A stretch of DNA of 63,516 bases, the filler included, from Choristocarpus tenellus KU-1152 (Eukaryota > Protista > Phaeophyceae), in NCBI GenBank assembly GCA_964200185.2. It is 8 parts of 8 records of this genome, joined end to end, with 100 filler letters (N's around TTAATTAATTAA, not from the genome) between each part and the next. Parts side by side here need not be neighbours in the genome. Positions count along the whole stretch, not along the records: positions 35,771 to 40,964 come from CAXNAD020011547.1; positions 41,065 to 43,891 come from CAXNAD020024398.1; positions 43,992 to 50,990 come from CAXNAD020006896.1; positions 51,091 to 63,516 come from CAXNAD020001840.1; 4 more parts are not named here. One strand, written 5' to 3'. A program made the translations under genes and the position numbers. Shown piece by piece: positions 39,667 through 51,485 of this stretch; position 1 is the first letter of the stretch; the number at the start of each line of letters is the position of its first letter. The notes under the pieces were generated by a model. That model was not told where the DNA came from and made no database searches. It worked only from the letters and a program-made list of their open reading frames with translations.

Positions 39667-40100
39667 GCGTCAAAGTAAGCAAGAGGTACCCAGGGTTGTA
39701 TTCTAAGGATGCTGACAAATATTTTCAAACCTCGCCTTTTTATACAAATTTGTGTGAGGAATTTTGTGAATTCTGTTGAAAATTATGGCTCAAAGTTTCT
39801 AGGGGATGGGGGGGGGCGGCTATCCATTTTGGACCTATTTTTCAATGCCGTGATTTTTGGATGATTTGGTTGCATGGGTCGGATGGATAATGTAAGTGCA
39901 CTTTTCTTTGTCAGGGCCCGAATGGACACCCTAGTGTAAACTCCCCCGCCCCCCCCAGATACTTTGAGCCTATGAAACAACAGAGAAATCAACGCTTTCA
40001 AATCAATGTTAGTACTTTATCCATTGAAATATGGGTGAATTGCAGAAGACAAAGAAAGTGACAACTTATCAGTGAAAGCGACTGAGGTCTCTATCTTATA
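39667..40100 (+). mobile_element. MITE family C copy interrupted by family B (end approximate)
   Basis: GCGTCAAAGTAAGCAAGAGGTACCC start; homology to the 37153 copy resumes at 39974 (AAACAACAGAGAAATCAA...ATATGGGTGAATTGCA). Confidence 0.7.
39787..39970 (+). mobile_element. MITE family B, full copy nested in a family C element
   Basis: GGCTCAAAGTTTCT...AGATACTTTGAGCC; 3-bp duplication TAT/TAT. Confidence 0.9.
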
Positions 40101-40900
40101 GTGCAATGTTGAAAGCTTGAGAAATACGAGACTCATTGCTGAACTACCATTAGGGTATGATTCAACAAGCACTGGACTATTTCTTCCTTTCAAAGCATCT
40201 CATGCAACAAGGCACACCCTCAACCCCATCTTATGCTGTGGCATGATGCATTGTTATCTGCATCTGCCTTAATATACTGTGTACTATATGGCACACCAGT
40301 AGCCCACAGCGGAACCTCCCTATCTTCGAGAAGCATCTATTAATTTATTATTTTTCCTTTTTCGTTCACATTATCGAAAACTTAACCCTAACCATAACTT
40401 CTGCATGAAAATTACCCCTAACCAGTCTATAAAACATTCTCTAGAAGAAATTATACTGCAGTACAGTGTGCACTGGGGATTCACCACCTCTTCAGGATTT
40501 ACCACTATTCCCTTTTTCACACAATTTTTCGAAAACCTAACCCTAACGCTCACCCTTACCACCACGTCCCCTATGCGTGAAAAATAATAAACCCAAGCTT
40601 TGTTTGAAGAAGTGAAAAGAGTATGACAATAGTGGTTCCCCAAGACCGAGTTGGTTCCCCAGAACAGGGGGGTTCCCCTGTGCACTCCAACATTTATATT
40701 TTTTGTTCTACCATCTGCTTAAAACACCCTCACAGTGGTTTGTACTCTTATTGTACCGTTACTTCAAGCATTATCAGAATACAGATTACAGTATCACACT
40801 CTCCTGCTGTAGAGCAACAACACAAACAAGCGAACGTAATACTTCAACAATTCATTAAATACTTCACATGCCAGTTGAAGACTTCGAGAGGGAGATTCTT

Positions 40901-40964
40901 GACTCAAAGTATAGCATCTAGGGGGGGGGGGGGTAGCTGTCCTTTTGGGATCCATTTTTCCATG
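40901..40964 (+). mobile_element. MITE family B left-end fragment at contig end
   Basis: GACTCAAAGTATA..G(13)TAGCTGTCCTTTTGGG. Confidence 0.75.
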
Positions 40965-41064
40965 NNNNNNNNNNNNNNNNNNNNNNNNNNNNNNNNNNNN
41001 NNNNNNNNTTAATTAATTAANNNNNNNNNNNNNNNNNNNNNNNNNNNNNNNNNNNNNNNNNNNN

Positions 41065-41142
41065 CATCCCCCCCAGGTACTTTGAGCCAGGGTCAAAAAC
41101 GGACGCCGGCACCCCACCCCACCCCCCCAGATACTTCAACCC
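41065..41142. mobile_element. Two family B terminal remnants at contig start
   Basis: CCCCAGGTACTTTGAGCC followed by a second CCCCCCCAGATACTTCAACCC. Confidence 0.65.
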
Positions 41143-41505
41143 ATGGCATGTACATGAGGTCTTGTGAATCCTTGGCATAGCCACCTTGCACTACAACAAC
41201 ACTCATGTAACAGAGCTCTTCACTACAAAAAAAAGGGGTCTCCACAAAAAAATGACCATGCCTACTCACCAAAGCGCCGTCGAAAGGCTTGCAGGGAAAA
41301 AAAAATGATGACTCAATCACTCTCCATAAATCAAAAACCAAACCCATAGACGCCTTCAGGACAGAGCTCGACTGCTGCCATTTCAGACCCCCAACAACCT
41401 ACGAATCAACCTTCCAACCCACAAACACACACACACCATCATCTCTCCTCCGCCTCCCCACACACTCCAACCCAGAGATACATTCTCACACAAACCCCCA
41501 CCCAC

Positions 41506-43891
41506 CTCCTTGAGCGACGCGACGAGATCATCATCACTCTTGAGGCGATCCCAGTGCGCCCTCACGTGACCCAGGAGCGCCCTGCGATCCACATCTGACA
41601 CAGAACCAAGCTCGGGAATCACAAATCGAGCCACTACGCCACTGTGGGAGACAGACTCCACACCCAGGTTCCGATACAGATCCCTCAGCTCTGGTCGGGG
41701 GGCAAGCAGCCTGCATTGCGAGAACGCCCAGCCCAGGAAGTGCAGGTGCAGCAAATGGTGAGGGAAGTGGGATGCGATATCAGGTTGCCAAGGAGCAGGG
41801 GGGCTAGGTCGCAGTACGCCGTACTCTGCCTATGTCCCCAATAATAGTACTGATGCAAGCTTAAAGCAGTGTATCGGGGCGATAAATCATACACCAGGTA
41901 TTGACTTATTTGCCACAACTACTACAACAGGGCTGCACATGACTCAACACAATACCCGACTGGGTAAAACTGGCTCTATACCTCTCATTGTCCGCTGCAG
42001 AGATCCCCCTCACAGGAACAATAAATAATTCAGTATGTGTTGAACCATACCTTTATCACCTTGCCGTCAACAACCTTCTGGATGTGCTTACCACTGTACT
42101 ACTACTACTGGGGCAGTAAGGTAAGTAGTGTGCAATTAAACCACCCTATCAGCACAAGAATATCTCAATATTAAAAAAACATCCCCGTGCGTGTAATGGT
42201 ATATCCTCGAGCACGGGGATGCAACGAATCAAAGTTGAAGTCAATAAAGATAGTCACTGATCAATAACCAATCACACCTTGTCCTCCGTCCCCCCTTCCC
42301 CCCCCCTCACTCATCTTCCCCTAGTGCTGTGAAGTGCCACTTCTCCCAGACAACTAAAGAACCCACTTCCCTGTTACATCACGCTGAACCATATCTGCAT
42401 ACACACATACGTATGTGTATAGAATACCCACCAAAAACACACACAGTAGATTTGGACCGAGAATACATCATTCATAACCTGTCTGTAGCCCCGGGAGGAA
42501 GTGGCAAGCCTTCGACCTCTCCACTTTCCTCCAGGCTAAACTGCCTGCCTCTCTCCACAGGGACTCTCTTCCCTGAAAGGGTTTCCCAAACTGGAAGGAG
42601 GCGCAGCTTGTCATACTCGGAGATGGTGAAGTTAATGAGGGTGCCAGAGTCTGAGGGCTTGAAAAGACCCTGGCATAGAAAATCAAGTGTGGAATGGGTG
42701 GGAGTTGGGAGAACCCAGGGGGAGCACGATAATATCATGAGCGGTTGGGGGGAATAGGTGAGGTTAGGGTTAGGGTTAGGGTTAGGGTTAAAAGGTAACA
42801 AGGTGCTACTCCCATTGAGTAACCCACACACACTAGAAGAAGGCAATCAGAAAAAAAATATTTAGAAGATGCACACCAAAGTCAAAGATGTCATGAAACG
42901 AGCGAAAACACGCCCAATCAAATCAATTAATACAAATGGAACACATGGAGACCAAACAAAAATAACACAAAATCGAGTAGGTTGTTAGCTGAGGGTTAGC
43001 CACAAACAAAAATAAAACAACTCAATACTCTCTGCGCAATCAAACCAACAACACTAAGCTCGACCAGAAATTCAAACGTCCAGCACCACAACCGCAATGA
43101 ACAATCACACACCACCGCCTCATAAAAAACACACCTGTACCAAAGCATCAAGATCATCTGGACCCAGCGCATTCCACCGGAGACGGAGTCGTCTCCCACG
43201 TGAGTCCAAGGCATGCCCATCACCCACATCTGTCCCTACCTCATCCTTACCCTCCCTTCCCACCTCCTCTCCCCCCTCACCACTTCTTCCGCTCTCAGCA
43301 ATGGAATACGGAGGCGCAAGGGTTTCCCTAAGAGCTGAAAGGGCATTAAGCGCCCCCCTAGAAGCCTCATTCGGCTCCCTGATCACAATGCTTGCCCTCT
43401 CTCCTGGGGGGAAGTACGCAAGCTCCAGTACTGGCGCTCCCAGTCGGCGCAGAACAGCTATCAGCGCCTTGAGCCTCGGTGGTTCTTGTATGGGGCCCTG
43501 TGGCGCTACTGGTTGCGCAACAGCTGCCGCAGCCGGACCAACAGCACCAACTGCCCCATCACCTCCTTGGGGAAGTAGTTGACCAACAGCACCCAGTAGG
43601 TTTATCGGTCCAGCCAAGGGTTGAGGTGGCACAACAGCACCCTCTTCCACATCGGGCTGGGCAGGGGCAGCGGGGGGGGCAGAGGCACCATCGACAAGGC
43701 CAACAGGAACGGCAGCAGCAGCAGGGGAGGAAGAGGGAGGCAGAGGCAAAGACTCCAATGCTTGTTCCACTTCTCCGTCACTTCCACTCTTAGCGTCCTC
43801 AAACACATCCTCATCTGTGATGTCCAACCCCCCCCCCCCCCCCTCCCCCCCCCCTTGCTTTCCCGGGCTTGCCCTTTCACTCTCGCCCCCC
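41506..43891 (-). CDS. Sacsin-like protein, internal fragment (exons <43891-43135, 42669-42479, 41710-41506)
   Basis: Phase-consistent GT-AG exons; LRRLGAPVLE, LRLLPVWETLSG, LYRNLGVESVS...FVIPEL...HWDRLKSDDDLVASLKE resemble sacsin repeat-region sequence (recalled similarity, not searched). Confidence 0.6.
42762..42790 (+). repeat. Interstitial telomeric repeat (GGTTAG)x~5 in an intron
   Basis: GGTTAGGGTTAGGGTTAGGGTTAGGGTTA read directly. Confidence 0.95.
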
Positions 43892-43991
43892 NNNNNNNNN
43901 NNNNNNNNNNNNNNNNNNNNNNNNNNNNNNNNNNNTTAATTAATTAANNNNNNNNNNNNNNNNNNNNNNNNNNNNNNNNNNNNNNNNNNNN

Positions 43992-44233
43992 GTATGGGTT
44001 TTGCCCTGTTTGTCCATTTGGGGCTTGGCTTCCCTCAGGGTTTTTATGACATTTTCATAGTCCAAAATATTTCGGAGTAGGTAAAATGTGTATGTTACGA
44101 AAAGGTGTGTTTGGAACAAGGATATTTATTGACACTTCCTAACAAACACGATAGCCAAATTTACTTTGAAATCGCAACACTGTATTTTGGCCCCCAAATG
44201 GACGTGGCTCTACCCTCTAAGATACTTTGGCTC
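43992..44233 (-). mobile_element. MITE family A copy, cut by contig start
   Basis: Reverse-complement match to 664-921, ending TACCCTCTAAGATACTTTGGCTC. Confidence 0.9.
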
Positions 44234-44464
44234 TCCATTTGGGGGCCAAAATCCACTCTTGCGATTTTGATGTATTTTTGGCTATTGTGTTTGTTAGGAA
44301 GTGTCAGTATCCTTGTTCCAGACACACCTTTTCATAACGTATACATTTTACCTTCTCTGAAATGTTTGGAGTAGGAAAATGTAATAAAAAACCCCGTGGG
44401 AAGCCAAGCTCCAAACGAACAAACAGGGCAAAACTCGTACCCTAACCCTAAGATACTTTCACTC
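44234..44464 (+). mobile_element. MITE family A copy lacking its left TIR, abutting the previous copy head-to-head
   Basis: Starts at internal TCCATTTGGGGGCCAAAATCC; ends TACCCTAACCCTAAGATACTTTCACTC. Confidence 0.9.
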
Positions 44465-44584
44465 AAAAATTCACCCTTGAATACACAGTAGGCGGCATTG
44501 CAATTTGTGCAAAATAGCCTTTGCCAGCATTCTGAACAAAGACAAGAATGAATATGCCTTGCCGCCCTTTAGGAATGTACCATA

Positions 44585-47500
44585 CCGTTTATCTTGGTAT
44601 CGCTGCTGCTCCTCCAGTTTCTTTTCGAACTCTTGTTGAGCATTCTTGTTTGATCCTGCAGTCTGAGCCCTGCAAAGCAGCCCAAAGCGTGAGGACGATT
44701 TATCTTTCAGACAGTTCCTACCGTGCAATGCTGAAAAACATATTGGTCTTCCATTCTGCAGTCAAACCACAGCTCTCTATTCTTGTGCAGATTCCCTCAA
44801 CTCTTTGATGAGCATCTACTTTTACAGAGTGGTACTCAGGGGTTACCAGTGCATAGCTGCCTCATTGACCGACCACCCTTTACCCGAATAAGAGTGTCCC
44901 CACTGAAATAGGGCGTTGTCTAAGACTGAGTGATTGTGCCAAAGCCATGGTGTGTAAGGTGACGGGCAGTGGTTGAGTGATGTAGGATTCATTGGTAGAA
45001 GGTATGGTACCAAAATCAGTATTAGTATGGACATAATAGCCTATACACAGTATAAACAGGGTGGTAATGAGAATAGTGTATCCTTGCCCTGCAACATCCC
45101 ACACCCTCGCGACCTTGGCACCACTTGAATCCCACTTGTTGTTACTATTAATGTTTTCAACATTGTTATTTTGATATAATAATGAAAGCGCACCTTGGGC
45201 CTGAAGTATCAGATACTAGGAGTATTTCAGTAAGATAATAATGCATGTATAAGTTCGACCTAAAACCTTTACATTTTCAGCATGGCTTGCTGAGACAGAT
45301 TTCCCACCTGATGAATGGTGTTGACCCTTCTCCCTTCTGCAGTTCCTCAGTTATCAAAGGAGACTCAATTACTCTACTTTGGGATCCAATAGAGCCCACC
45401 GTGACAGTTGGATCCTCAGTGATACCATCCCCCTGAGAGGGGGCATTTGTTTAAGGAGAGATCTTGAGCATCAGTTGTGGGAAGTGAAGTGCGATGGAGC
45501 ATGGTGGGATGAGACTACATACCTTCAATATTTAAGTTAAGTAGGTTGGAAGTGTGCAGCGTGTGTATCGCATTAGGTAGTGGAAATAGTGACATTCAAC
45601 ATGTCCCTTATGCTGTACTTGTTGCATCTCGCAGGTTTCAGGTGCCCTGCAGAAGACTGTGTCTTTAGGTATCGGTTGCTTTTGCTGAATACGCTTGGAA
45701 AAAATCGGCAATGCAGTGCTTTTGCTGTTCTCATGCATTTCAGTGGAAGCAGTGGTTGACAATGCACTGGCTTTGGTGGGGAGATACCGGGTAGGTTTCC
45801 AGAATACAGTAACAGTAGCAGTGAGTAGGTTTGGTGTTGTGGGGAGGAGGGAGATGAATGGGAAAGGTGGTACAATCGTTGTGGTACAAAGAGTTAGGGG
45901 TTATGGCTTAGGATTAGGATGTATTAAAGTTGGGGTATGACGATTGGTATATGTTTCCGTCCGTACTTAGTAGCAGTAAGAATATAGAGCTCTATTCCGT
46001 ACTTCTTGGTAGTATATTAATACACATAATACTGAGGGTACCATATAGAGAAATCGTAGGGGGCTCTCACCTTGCTGTCCTCTCCTGAGTGTTTTGACAT
46101 GGTCTCCTCTCCACAAAATTCCTTGGCATCATGGAGGAGTCCCTGCTCCTTTGCATCGTGCCAGGTAGCTCGGTTGTGCAGGTTCCAGCCCTCAAGGGGC
46201 TTGGCCAAGAAAGTGTAGGTAGATGGAGGTTTGGTCTCAATGTGGGATACTGATGCCACAGCAGAGTTCTGATAGGCTACTTACTTGGTGTGTAGCTTTA
46301 GCGTATGAAGTGTCATACTATTCATCACACTCAGATGTGGGGAAACGATCACTCTTACTCGCTATGCTGACTAGGCATGCACAAGGGCATAACGAACTTC
46401 ACCTCGTTGTCTATACCATCAGCTCATGCACCATAAAAATTACACACCTGCACAAAACAAAGTCGTACACACCTCAAGGAATGTGCGATTTAAATGTGTT
46501 CTAAACTTGCCCGGAACATCCAACCTTTAGAAAAAAAACTATGTGTATAATTGTTCAGAGTTTATCCTATGTGCTGATATTATATGCTGATGAACACTCC
46601 AAAATCTATGATTGTTAATAGGGTAACAATATACTTTATACTATATGCTTAGAATGTAGGGAGACATCGGTGTATAAACATGATCAGAATCTGTTATAGG
46701 AAAAAGCTCACTTTATCAGGGCATCAAAACAAACTGTAGTAGCCATTGCTTACCTGTCCGAAAATTCCGATGTGGGCCCCAGTAAGTGTCCACAAGTGTA
46801 TATTGCAGTCGTCTCCCGCTGTAAGGACAAGCTTCATCAAGCCCAAGTAATCGAAACACTGTAAAGAGCTCACACTGGTCTCATGAGCTTGCCACTGCCG
46901 AGTGGCAGACAAGTGAGAAATCTGCGCGGCCATTCCACCAATAACAGCAAGTCATCATACACTTAACAGAGCAGGTGTTGCTTGTGAATGTGGTACTGTT
47001 GCCAAGAAGTGCGGTGTATGTTAGTGTTGAAGAGGTGTATGTATCTCCATGGCATAGCAGCTATGAAAGAGGCTAATGAGTGGACAGCTTGCTGTATCAA
47101 GGACAACTAAAAGCTTCAGACTTGAGGGGTTGGTATGGTGTGTCTGGCATGCACACATCAAGATTGGGAACCATCCTAATCAGGTCAGGTCCCATCGGGC
47201 CAGCATAGGGTCCCATTTCCCTGATTCCTATTTTATGTTACACATCCATGAAATGTCACTGACTCATGTTCCCACCAGCCTTCTTGGCCTGCTATCTTTG
47301 TAGGCGCCGGGTTTCCGAGTGGACTGAATACCCATGTGGGGACTCTGGGCATTAGCAGTCACTGATTCATTTGGCTCTCCTGTTGTACCTAACACAACCG
47401 GCAGGAATATATGGATTGGTGATGCTACATCAAACAAAAGTCTGGGGTGGTTCATTCACACAACACTACAACATATCTCTTGAGGCCACTGCATGATAAG

Positions 47501-50500
47501 AATTTGTATGGATTACCCTTTCAAAGGAATGATAGTTTCGTAGCATATAAGATGACCTCTCCTACTAATGTCTCCCAAACTGTCAAAGCACACTACATCA
47601 GAAAAATGCAAGTATAGAAGGATCTTAGGGAGAGTCTCGGCATGCTGGAAAGAGAATATCAATGCCAACACGCTAAATGCATGTATATATATATATTATG
47701 CACACACAGACATACAGAAAATGGTTGGACAGATTAGGAATCATTTATCACCTATTTTCCATGTCTTGACAAAACCACTTTGACATCCTGTAAGGAAGAT
47801 GGAAGAGAAATCACATCTGTCACACCCCAGAGAACAAAGCCCAGATTCATCAGGATGAAGAGCTTGGATACAAAATGTGAGTCCTCCTGTCACCATGTCC
47901 CAGAAATGGAGCTCTCCGGCACCATTTCCGCTGACCAATGTGCCGTAGCTGCCTCCAAGTGTTAGAGGCCCATGTTTTGGAGTTGGGTTAGGGTTAACGC
48001 GAAATGTGGCAGAACTGAGATGCTGCACAGGACTTGTCTTATTTCTGAGTTGTCAGCAACATTTAAAGAGGGTGTCGTGACAACCCTCTGTAGAAACAGG
48101 CCCCGTGATGGAGTGACTGCAGCTTTTAGTCGGAAATTCCTCATTGTTTCCATCATTCAACCAACCTACATGCTCCCTGTTTGATGACGCAGTGCATGGA
48201 ATGCACACAAGTATGTGTGGACAATGCTATATATTTTTCCCGTGGACTGAGACTCTCCGACCAAAGAAAAGAACATGCACTGTATCTGAACTTCCCCACA
48301 CAACACCCTTCATTTTGCCTTCATTTGCCAGGGTAGCCTTCAAATTTTTCATTCCCCTTACCATTCAAGAAACAACAGGCATTCCACTGCCTGGGTGCCT
48401 GTGCCCTCCTCCAATACTTTTATCCCCCCACTCTCCTTCTTCGCCTCCTTGTGCAGGGATGACTTCTGGACTTTCTCCATTGCTTCATCACCTTCCTTTT
48501 CACTCCTATGTGCCTGTCCTGTGTCTGACACCTTGCTGCTCTCCCTCCCTTCTTCAAGTCCGTCCTCCTGAGACCCCCTAGTCATACATGTCATTCCAGT
48601 CAGCTTGACCTCCCTAATGCTCTCTCCCTTTCGGGATGATGGCTCAGTGGTTGGTTTGTGTGGTACAAGTCCATGTAGTAACCCCGCAGTCCCTCTTCCT
48701 TGTTCATGCATCATCTCTACATCTCCAACACCGCTGTTCCTGATCTCCATATCTTGGCTGTCTTGATAACCCTCTCTTGGTGGGAGTGTGTTACTCTCCA
48801 AATCTCTTTCCCCACCCTCTTTGATTTTATCATTGCTGCCAGTGACAACTAGGGGCGGGGAGGTAAGACTAGTAGAAGAATGTTTCTGAGTAGTGTGTAC
48901 TGCCGCAGAATTGTCATCCTGCCCTGCTAGAGCAGCCTCAACTCCAGCTCCGGTACCATCCGACGCATCATTGGAACCCCCGATGCGCTCCTGGTTTCCA
49001 GCAGGAAAAGGAAAAATGTGGAAAATGTTTAGGGCTGAATATAACTGGGTTATACAATTACACAACTAGGTTGAATCAGATTGCTTAGGAAGGTGAGTGG
49101 GAGTGAGGAATTGGCAAGGCAGTAAGCGGCTTGATCCATAGAACATGTGTCACGAGATCTATCACATACGTGGTCAGAATGTTCGAAATATCTATCCAGG
49201 ACCAGTGGTCACAGGAATAGCGATTAATTCTGGTGTGCATGCGTGCACCAATCAACGCTCCCTGCAAATTCAGAGTTGGTTTGAAGGCTTACCTCAGCAA
49301 AAACCTCTCTTCCATCCCAGCGTTCTCCCACTGGTTCACCCTCCAGCAATGCATCCATGGGGACAATTGAACTGAGGGGTAGGAGTTCATGGCAGGAGTG
49401 ATGCATGACTTTAGACAGGAATTGAGAAAGGTTGCAAACGAAATCGGTCCAGGTCTAAGTTTGCTGATTTGATTTAAGGCGAGCATAGTTCAAGGGCACA
49501 GCAGCAATGAATGGCACTAGGTTTGTAAAATGTACTGAAGTACATGTGTTAGCCCTTTGCAAACCGAACTTTCCACCTAGGGCGATCTCCTAAAACAAAG
49601 GGTGATAAGCACAATCCGACTACGTAAAATCCACACTACTCTAGAGTACACATGTTAGTCCTTTGCAAATCAAACTTTCCACCCAGGGCGATCTCCTAAA
49701 AAAAAGGGTGATAAGCACAATGTGTCTATGTAAATTTCACATCACTCTAAAGTACAGACTACCTCTAAGGACATTGTAATGATTCGTGTCAATATATCTA
49801 TATCTATCATCATAATAGTTCTGTACCAAGAGAAGAAATATATGGACAACTTATTTCATCTTCAAGCTAGAGGTTGAGGTGTAGGGGAGATTTGTTACAA
49901 AATGTAACACCCACACCAATAAAGCAGCCTATACCTTGTTTTCTTTTGAGACAATGGGGTGTCAACTCTGCCAAGCCTCCTGGTAGGACCACCCTCACAT
50001 ATATTGGCAACCTTTGCATCACCTAATGCTTTGAGTACCGTACAAAAAATAAACATAAAAGTACCATAACAGGGATACCTACCAGGTCAGAAGGGCTATC
50101 AGCATCACCAAGAGATTATCATTAAAATAGACCTATACTCTGAAGTACTCTGCAATGATCATCTCTCCTTTCTTACTAGTTCTTTCTTATCCCAACCTGC
50201 AGCTCCCAACTATGTACAACCCCACCCTGTAAGCCTGTACCTGTCAGCAGAACAGATGCCATCTTTGTCACATAGCAACCCTTGCTTTCTGATATTTTCC
50301 ATCAGAGATGCTACACTGGTCAGTCCACCAACCGAGGACATATCATCAGCCACCTGAAAAGGGAGATGCGCGTAGGAATGTTTGTCCTTGCGTGTGTAGT
50401 AAAAACACATATTGTGGGGTTCTTCAATAAAGGAGGAGAATGTGGTGCCTGGAGCAGGAATCATTGTGGCAGTCATCACAGTATTTCAAGTTAGATAGCA

Positions 50501-50831
50501 TTCTTCATACACCACAACTCCTCTCCCTTATATTGAGCAGATAGGAGATATAAATATATTGTGAACCTTCTGTGGCTTGGTGATCACTTGAGAAAAATCA
50601 CATGCTCTTCATACTGTGTATCTTTACAGCAACCACCTATTGCTCAAGCATCTATTCATTCCAGAATGCTGCTCATGATGAGCAGAAGCACAGTCAGTGC
50701 AGAGCAAAAGGGTCTAGCGCATCTTCTCATACCTGATTAATCTGGTGGTCTGCAGGTCGCATCTTGAAGTTGACCTTCCCCACATCCGTGGACCATACAA
50801 CAATCTGCCCATCAACCCCCCCAGTGGCAAC
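44585..50831 (-). CDS. WD40-repeat protein, WDR49(CFAP337)/WDR64-like, partial. Exons 50831-50733, 50353-50241, 49371-49293, 48990-48362, 47948-47752, 47388-47276, 46921-46754, 46199-46071; further 3' exons near 45770 and 44750-44585 uncertain
   Basis: Phase-consistent chain: VATGGVDGQIVVW; AVECLLFLECYGTLVSGNGAGELHFWD; FLTGCQSGFVKTW; WQAHETSVSSL...LVLTAGDDCNIHLWTLTGAHIGIFGQ..GWNL (family-typical G..IG.FGQ...W). Confidence 0.75.
49537..49756. repeat. Tandem duplication of a ~108-bp unit in an intron
   Basis: TGTTAG(C/T)CCTTTGCAAA..AACTTTCCACC(T/C)AGGGCGATCTCCTAAAA..AAGGGTGATAAGCACAAT occurs twice. Confidence 0.9.
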
Positions 50832-50919
50832 CTGATGTGCATGGAAAAATTGTACTTTCAAGTTCAGAATGAGTTCAACCACAGGGGGAACAGCACAACA
50901 TCATTGCTTTGTTTCATAT

Positions 50920-50990
50920 AATACATAGATACATAGATACATAGATACATAGATACATAAATAGATACATAGATACATAGATACATAGAT
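50920..50990. repeat. (ATACATAG)n microsatellite at contig end
   Basis: About nine octamer units, one with a variant base. Confidence 0.95.
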
Positions 50991-51090
50991 NNNNNNNNNN
51001 NNNNNNNNNNNNNNNNNNNNNNNNNNNNNNNNNNTTAATTAATTAANNNNNNNNNNNNNNNNNNNNNNNNNNNNNNNNNNNNNNNNNNNN

Positions 51091-51172
51091 TAGCCGAAAT
51101 TACATCAAAATCGCAACATTCGATTTTGGTCTCCAGATGGACGCGGCTCTACCGTCTAAGATACTTTGGATC
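51091..51172 (-). mobile_element. MITE family A terminal fragment at contig start
   Basis: TAGCCGAAATTACATCAAAATCGCAAC...TACCGTCTAAGATACTTTGGATC. Confidence 0.85.
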
Positions 51173-51485
51173 AATCGGAGCACGAAAGTTGATTGGATGT
51201 ATAACTTGTACTAAATATCAGCTGTTTCAGTGTCTATCCTTGCATCCAAGCTGATGGTTTTGTTCCTGAAAAATCTAAATGCTCTCCAAGGGATATAATG
51301 AATAGTCTGCATTTCAGTCCTTGCTAGGAGTAGTATGTCCAGCTTAGAATCTTAGAAATCTCCATGCCCTTCCCATTACGTGGGGAGGAGGGGAAGATTT
51401 GAGAATATGAACAATATTCCAGCATGGATAGGTGCCAAATTGTAAATAGAGTACTCTCCAATTCCGGTGATTTTTTTTTCCACAG

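Noticed and set aside
40901-41088. Left and right family B ends facing each other across a linker, as if one element
   Set aside because: Flanks CTT and AGG do not form a TSD and the linker joins arbitrary contigs.
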